From positions 59,424 through 123,423 of the forward strand of contig DATJPD010000100.1 of NCBI GenBank assembly GCA_035506575.1: DNA of 64,000 bases, written 5' to 3'. The position numbers were made by a program, and so were the translations under genes. Under the pieces are notes generated by a model. The model was not told where the DNA came from, made no database searches, and saw nothing but the letters and a program-made list of their open reading frames with translations. Positions 58,604 through 64,000 of this stretch are shown in pieces (position 1 is the stretch's first letter; every line of letters starts with the position of its first letter). Origin of the DNA: Alphaproteobacteria bacterium. GTDB taxonomy: Bacteria > Pseudomonadota > Alphaproteobacteria > CACIAM-22H2.

Positions 58604-59596
58604 ATGCAGATGATCGTCATCACCGGCGGCGCGGGCTTCATCGGCTCGAATCTCGTGGCCGCGCTCGAGCGGCGCGGCGGCGCCGACCTCGTGGTGTGCG
58701 ACCGGCTGGGCAGCGGCGACAAGTGGCGCAACATCGCCAAGCGCGAGCTGGCGGATCTCGTGGCGCCCGAGCGGCTGTTCGATTTCCTCGGCACGCATGC
58801 GCGCGAGGTCGAGACGATCTTCCATCTCGGCGCCATCTCCTCGACCACCGAGACCGACGTCGACCTCATCGCGCAGGAGAATTTCCGCCTCAGCCTGGCG
58901 CTGTGGGCGTGGTGCGCCCGCCACGGCAAGCGCTTCATCTACGCCTCCTCCGCCGCGACCTACGGCGACGGCTCGGCCGGGTTCGACGACGATCCCTCGC
59001 CCGCAGCGCTCGCGAAGCTGCGGCCGCTCAATCCCTATGGATGGAGCAAGCACCTGTTCGACCGCCGGGTGGCGCGGCTCCTGGCCCGGGAGGCGCCGCG
59101 GCCCGCCCAGCATGTCGGCCTCAAGTTCTTCAACGTCTACGGGCCCAACGAGTATCACAAGGGCGGCCAGCGCTCGGTCGCCCATCAGCTCTACCCGCGC
59201 GCCGTCGCGGGCGAGCCCGCGCGCCTGTTCAAGTCGCACAATCCGGCCTATCCGGACGGCGGCCAGAAGCGCGATTTCGTGTGGGCCGGCGACTGCGTGT
59301 CGGTGATGCTGTGGCTGTTCGACCACCCGCACGTGAACGGCCTGTTCAATCTGGGCAGCGGGGCGGCGCGCAGCTTCGCCGACCTCGCGCGCGCGGTCTA
59401 CGCGGCGGCGGGCAAGGAGGCCCGGCTCGAGTTCGTCGACACGCCCGTGGAGATCCGCGACAAGTACCAGTACTTCACCGAGGCGAAGATGGAGCGGCTG
59501 CGCGCGGCCGGCTACGCGCTGCCGATGACCACGCTCGAAGACGGCGTGCGGCAATACGTGCAGACTTACCTCTCGGCGGGCGACCCATACCTCTGA
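58604..59596 (+). CDS. hldD: ADP-L-glycero-D-manno-heptose 6-epimerase
   Basis: GGAGFIGSN, FNVYGPNEYHKG and RDFVWAGD blocks align with E. coli HldD/RfaD. Confidence 0.85.
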   Translation: MQMIVITGGAGFIGSNLVAALERRGGADLVVCDRLGSGDKWRNIAKRELADLVAPERLFDFLGTHAREVETIFHLGAISSTTETDVDLIAQENFRLSLALWAWCARHGKRFIYASSAATYGDGSAGFDDDPSPAALAKLRPLNPYGWSKHLFDRRVARLLAREAPRPAQHVGLKFFNVYGPNEYHKGGQRSVAHQLYPRAVAGEPARLFKSHNPAYPDGGQKRDFVWAGDCVSVMLWLFDHPHVNGLFNLGSGAARSFADLARAVYAAAGKEARLEFVDTPVEIRDKYQYFTEAKMERLRAAGYALPMTTLEDGVRQYVQTYLSAGDPYL

Positions 59597-60418
59597 ATGA
59601 TCACCCTCAGCCTCTTGTTCCCCGACTTCGATCCGGTCGCCGTCCATCTCGGGCCGTTCGCCATCCGCTGGTACGCGCTCGCCTACATCGCCGGGATCCT
59701 GCTCGGCTGGCGCTACGCGCTGCGGCTGATCGATCAGAAGCCTCGGTTCATGAGCCGGGTGGCGCTCGACGATTTCATCGTGTGGGTGACGCTCGGCATC
59801 ATCCTGGGCGGCCGGCTCGGCTACGTGCTCTTCTACAAGCCGAGCGCCTATCTCGCCGATCCATGGGAGATCCCCAAGCTCTACCACGGTGGCATGAGCT
59901 TTCATGGGGGATTGCTCGGCGTGACGGCGGCGATCCTCCTGTTCGCGCGCAAGCGCGCGATTCCGGTGCTGGCGCTCTCCGACGTGGTCGCGGCGGTGGC
60001 GCCGATCGGCCTGTTCTTCGGCCGCATCGCCAACTTCATCAACGGCGAGCTCTACGGGCGCGTGACCGACGTGCCGTGGGGCATGATCTTCCCGCACTCG
60101 GACGGCCTGCCGCGCCATCCGAGCCAGCTCTACGAGGCGACGTTCGAGGGCCTGATCCTCTTCTGCGTGATGACCTGGTTCGCCCGCCGGCGCGACTGGC
60201 GCGAGCGCCCCGGCCGGCTCACCGGCCTGTTCCTCGCGGGCTATGCGGTCGCGCGCATGTCGGGCGAGCTGTTCCGCGAGCCCGACTCCTTCCTCGGCTT
60301 CATCGTCGGCCCGTTCACCATGGGCCAGCTCCTGTCGCTGCCGCTCCTGATCGCCGGCATCTGGCTGATCGTGGCCTGCGCCAGGCGCAAACCGCTGCCG
60401 GACGCGCCGGCCGCGTGA
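59597..60418 (+). CDS. lgt: Prolipoprotein diacylglyceryl transferase
   Basis: Lgt signature HGGLLG...GRIANFINGELYGR; 273 aa. Confidence 0.9.
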   Translation: MITLSLLFPDFDPVAVHLGPFAIRWYALAYIAGILLGWRYALRLIDQKPRFMSRVALDDFIVWVTLGIILGGRLGYVLFYKPSAYLADPWEIPKLYHGGMSFHGGLLGVTAAILLFARKRAIPVLALSDVVAAVAPIGLFFGRIANFINGELYGRVTDVPWGMIFPHSDGLPRHPSQLYEATFEGLILFCVMTWFARRRDWRERPGRLTGLFLAGYAVARMSGELFREPDSFLGFIVGPFTMGQLLSLPLLIAGIWLIVACARRKPLPDAPAA

Positions 60419-61473
60419 GCCGGGCGCTGGCCGAGGAGATCCTCGCCCGCATCCGCGAGCACGGGCCGCTGCCGGTCTCCGAGTACATGCGCCTGGCGCT
60501 GTTCCATCCCGAGCACGGCTATTACCGCACGCACGCCGCGATCGGCGCGCGCGGGGACTTCATCACGGCACCCGAGATCAGCCAGATGTTCGGCGAGCTG
60601 ATCGGGCTGTGGGCGGCGGAGCTGTGGGCGGCCCTCGGCCGGCCGCCGACGCTGCATCTGGTCGAGCTCGGGCCCGGCCGCGGCACCTTGATGGCCGACG
60701 CTCTGCGCGCCGCGGCCAAGGCCAGCCCGGACTTCCGCGCCGCGATCGACCTGCATCTGGTCGAGATCAATCCCGAGCTGCGCCGCCGTCAGGGCGAGGC
60801 GCTCGCGGCCGCCCGGCCGCATTGGCATGACGATCTCGGCACGGTGCCAACAGGGCCCGCGATCGTCATCGCCAACGAGTTCTTCGACGCCCTGCCCGTC
60901 GATCAGGTGGTGCGCACGGAAGCAGGATGGCGCCAGCGCGTGGTCGAGCACGCGGACGGGCGGCTGGTCTTCGGCCACGGCGATCCGGTGGCCAAGCCTG
61001 CGGAGGCGCCGGTCGGCTCGGTCTTCGAGCTTTCGCCGGAGCGCGAGATGATCGCGGCCCGGCTCTTTGAACGTATCGCGAGCCAGCGCGGGGCGGCCCT
61101 GATCATCGATTACGGTTCGATGTCGGCGCTGGGCGACAGCCTGCAGGCCGTGCGCGCCCACCAAAAGGTCGAGCCGCTGGCCGAGCCGGGAGACGCCGAC
61201 CTCACGGCGCATGTCGATTTCTCGCGGCTTACGGCGCTCGCCGGCGCCGCCGGTGCCGTCGCTCACGGTCCGGTGCCGCAAGGCGCCTTCCTGCGCCGGC
61301 TGGGCATCGCGGCGCGTGCCGCAACCCTCCTGCGCGCCGCAACCCCAGCGCAAAAACGTGACATCGAGCAGGCCATGCGCCGCTTGATCGAGCCCGACGA
61401 AATGGGCACCCTGTTCCAGGCCCTGGCCGTGACGGCGCCGGGCCTTCCGATACCGCCGGGATTCGATGTCTGA
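60415..61473 (+). CDS. SAM-dependent methyltransferase, MidA/NDUFAF7 (DUF185) family
   Basis: GTG start overlapping the lgt stop (GTGA). FHPEHGYY...DFITAPEIS...LVELGPGRG motifs. C-terminal part of track ORF 58696..61473. Confidence 0.75.
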   Translation: MSRALAEEILARIREHGPLPVSEYMRLALFHPEHGYYRTHAAIGARGDFITAPEISQMFGELIGLWAAELWAALGRPPTLHLVELGPGRGTLMADALRAAAKASPDFRAAIDLHLVEINPELRRRQGEALAAARPHWHDDLGTVPTGPAIVIANEFFDALPVDQVVRTEAGWRQRVVEHADGRLVFGHGDPVAKPAEAPVGSVFELSPEREMIAARLFERIASQRGAALIIDYGSMSALGDSLQAVRAHQKVEPLAEPGDADLTAHVDFSRLTALAGAAGAVAHGPVPQGAFLRRLGIAARAATLLRAATPAQKRDIEQAMRRLIEPDEMGTLFQALAVTAPGLPIPPGFDV

Positions 61474-62263
61474 CAGCTGCCGCATGCTGACTCTGGGTCC
61501 GCTGAACCGCCTCGACGGCGTCCGTCACGGATTCTTCAGCCGCGAGGGCGGGGTGAGCGGCGGCGTCTACGCGACCTTGAACTGCGGGCTCGGCTCGGGC
61601 GATGCGATCGACAACGTCCAGACGAACCGCGCGCGCGCCGCGGGCGAGATCGACGTCGCCCCCGGCTCGCTGCTCACCTGCTACCAGATCCACAGCGCCG
61701 AGGTGGTCGAGGTCGAGGGACCGTGGCCGCACGACACGCGCCCGAAGGCGGATGCGATGGTGACGCGCAAGCCGGGCGTGGCGCTCGGGATCCTGACCGC
61801 CGACTGCGCGCCGGTGCTGCTGGCCGACGCGGAGGCGCGGGTGATCGGTGCCGCGCATGCCGGCTGGCGCGGCGCGCTCAGCGGGGTGATCGGCGCCACG
61901 GTCGCGGCGATGGTCAAGCTCGGCGCCAGGCCGGCGCGAATCGTCGCCGGCACCGGCCCGTGCATCGCCCAACGGTCCTACGAGGTGGGCCCCGAATTCC
62001 CGGCCCCGTTCCTGGCCGCCGATCCGGCCCACGAGACGCTGTTTGCCCCCTGTGCGGCCGCGGCGGCGCGCGGGGAGACCAAGTACCTCTTCGACCTGCG
62101 CGGCTTCGTCGCCGCGCAGCTCGCCAAGGCGGGCGTTGCGCAAAGCTACGACCTGCCGCACGACACCTGCCGCGAAGAGCGGTTCTTCAGCTACCGCCGA
62201 ACCTGCCAGCGCGGCGAAAAGGACTACGGGCGCGCGCTGTCGGCGATCGCGTTGGAACCATGA
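61466..62263 (+). CDS. pgeF: Purine nucleoside phosphorylase/laccase-domain protein YfiH/PgeF (DUF152)
   Basis: H...C...H pattern (HSAEV...TADCAPVLL...AHAGWRG); 265 aa. Confidence 0.85.
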   Translation: MSDSCRMLTLGPLNRLDGVRHGFFSREGGVSGGVYATLNCGLGSGDAIDNVQTNRARAAGEIDVAPGSLLTCYQIHSAEVVEVEGPWPHDTRPKADAMVTRKPGVALGILTADCAPVLLADAEARVIGAAHAGWRGALSGVIGATVAAMVKLGARPARIVAGTGPCIAQRSYEVGPEFPAPFLAADPAHETLFAPCAAAAARGETKYLFDLRGFVAAQLAKAGVAQSYDLPHDTCREERFFSYRRTCQRGEKDYGRALSAIALEP

Positions 62264-63114
62264 GCCTGTTGCGCCTCCCGTTGCTCGCCACCTTCGTCGT
62301 CCTGGCGACGCTCGCCGGATGCGGCGAGCTGCCGCGGCCGTTCGAATCGGCGCACGACAGCAACGACGATCTGCGGCTCATGCCAGTCGACAAGGCCGGC
62401 ATGGTGGTCCATCCGCCCGCGGGCATGCCGGGCCCGGCGGCCGATGCGCTGACCCGCGCCCTGATCGACGCGCTGCGCAACGAAGACGTGGCCGCCATGA
62501 CCCCTCCCGGCAACGCGGCGAGCCTGGTGCTGGACGGCACGGCCACGGCGGAGCCTGCCGGCTGGTCCATCCGCCTGGCGCTCGCGGACGCGAACAAGAC
62601 AGCACTCGGCTCGGTGACCTCGCACGCCGCTCCGACGGCCGTCGACGACCCCCAGGCCTGGTCTCCCTTCGCCAAGGCGATGGCGAAATCGATCGCAGCG
62701 ATGCTGCAGACCGACGGCACCACGCCGCGCACCGACCAGCCGAACGTGGTGATCGGCGACGTGCGCGGGTTGCCGGACGGCGAGCGGCGCATGCTGGTGC
62801 ACGCGCTCGAATTCGCGCTGCAACGGGCGCGCGTTCAGGTCTCATCGACCCCGGACAAGGCGACGCACGTGATCAGCGGCGACATTCTCATCTCCCCGCC
62901 GCACGGCTCGGGCACCCGGCAGCAGAGCAGCGTCGACGTCAAATGGACTGTCGCGCGCGCCGACAAGAGCGAGGTCGGGCAGCTCCACCAGGCCAACGAC
63001 GTGCCGGTCGACATGCTCAGCCACGACTGGCCGGACATCGCCATGGCGGTGGCTGACGCGGCCGTGGACGGCATCGTCGACCTGGTCAACCGCCGGGACG
63101 CGGCGGCGCAATAG
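62260..63114 (+). CDS. Hypothetical lipoprotein
   Basis: ATGA overlap with pgeF; LATLAGC lipobox; 284 aa. Confidence 0.6.
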   Translation: MSLLRLPLLATFVVLATLAGCGELPRPFESAHDSNDDLRLMPVDKAGMVVHPPAGMPGPAADALTRALIDALRNEDVAAMTPPGNAASLVLDGTATAEPAGWSIRLALADANKTALGSVTSHAAPTAVDDPQAWSPFAKAMAKSIAAMLQTDGTTPRTDQPNVVIGDVRGLPDGERRMLVHALEFALQRARVQVSSTPDKATHVISGDILISPPHGSGTRQQSSVDVKWTVARADKSEVGQLHQANDVPVDMLSHDWPDIAMAVADAAVDGIVDLVNRRDAAAQ

Positions 63115-63185
63115 CGCAGATTTCGGCGGGACTCAGGCTGGTTTACAGGCTTGTGACGCCCTGATAAATTCCGCCCCGCCCGCGG

Positions 63186-63226
63186 TGCGGGACCGTTGGG
63201 TCCGCCGCGGGTTTCGTTATTTCTCC
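63186..63226 (+). terminator. Candidate rho-independent terminator (GC hairpin GGACC-gttg-GGTCC with flanking CCCGCGG/CCGCGGG, then T-rich GTTTCGTTATTTCTCCTTTC)
   Basis: Downstream of the lipoprotein gene and upstream of prs. Confidence 0.4.
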
Positions 63227-63276
63227 TTTCGGATCAGGCTCTTGCGAGCGCGAGAGGACTTGGGGTCAGGGAATCG

Positions 63277-64000
<724 letters not shown>

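Noticed and set aside
58696-60414. N-terminal 570 codons of the 925-aa ORF 58696..61473
   Set aside because: This is an out-of-frame read-through of hldD and lgt. Only the C-terminal part from GTG 60415 is the MidA-like methyltransferase.

Overview
This is a 64 kb, very GC-rich (~68–70%) chromosomal segment. It is gene-dense on both strands and shows the typical GC artefact of long spurious ORFs in non-coding frames. Gene content and order point to an alphaproteobacterium, probably Hyphomicrobiales/Rhizobiales-like. That is an inference from the uvrC-pgsA-moa gene order, proC-ybjN-ubiK, lgt-MidA-like methyltransferase-pgeF, marR-ompR-envZ and several Bug/TctC binding proteins. I support about 70 CDS; the main ones are listed in order:

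- 2569–6743: a TetR-controlled RND efflux pump (adaptor + AcrB-like permease) with two tandem palindromic operators.
- 7750–8928: folate/pterin genes (SDR pteridine-reductase-like + folB).
- 9308–14667: uvrC, pgsA, mobB, moeA, moaD, moaE.
- 15201–16636: a four-gene minus-strand islet (HNH endonuclease, 64-aa membrane protein, DUF1330, 64-aa protein).
- 21608–26923: an aromatic-acid block (pobA/pobR, family-III CoA-transferase, TctC, LysR).
- 27575–29746: katG with no adjacent oxyR.
- 32855–33733: ilvE.
- 33924–37183: marR-ompR-envZ plus a 2OG-Fe(II) oxygenase.
- 47593–54051: a catabolic/sensing block (FMN 2-hydroxyacid dehydrogenase, Cache histidine kinases, FAD monooxygenase, SsuA-like binding protein, cupin).
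- 55350–64000: phasin, TetR, proC, ybjN, ubiK, hldD, lgt, MidA-like methyltransferase, pgeF, a lipoprotein, and prs running off the window.

I found no tRNA, rRNA, CRISPR array or transposase.

The most interesting region is a ~10 kb signalling island at 37539–47291. It holds a complete stressosome-type module (RsbR non-haem-globin::STAS, RsbS STAS, RsbT GHKL kinase) on the minus strand. Immediately downstream are two further RsbT-like domains, one fused to a PP2C phosphatase and one fused to a hybrid histidine kinase with two receiver domains. A translationally coupled REC-HK-REC hybrid kinase follows, with a divergent lone receiver upstream of rsbR and an XRE regulator downstream of the kinases. 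There is no σB, RsbV or RsbW in the window.

Other notable observations are a compound palindromic repeat element between mobB and moeA with a related hairpin near ilvE, a small ORF coupled by ATGA overlap to the RND permease stop, and paired palindromic operators upstream of tetR and marR.

Coordinates follow the supplied ORF track. In a few places my manual indexing of the printed sequence disagreed with the track by 1 nt; I used the track, and non-CDS coordinates may be off by 1–2 nt.
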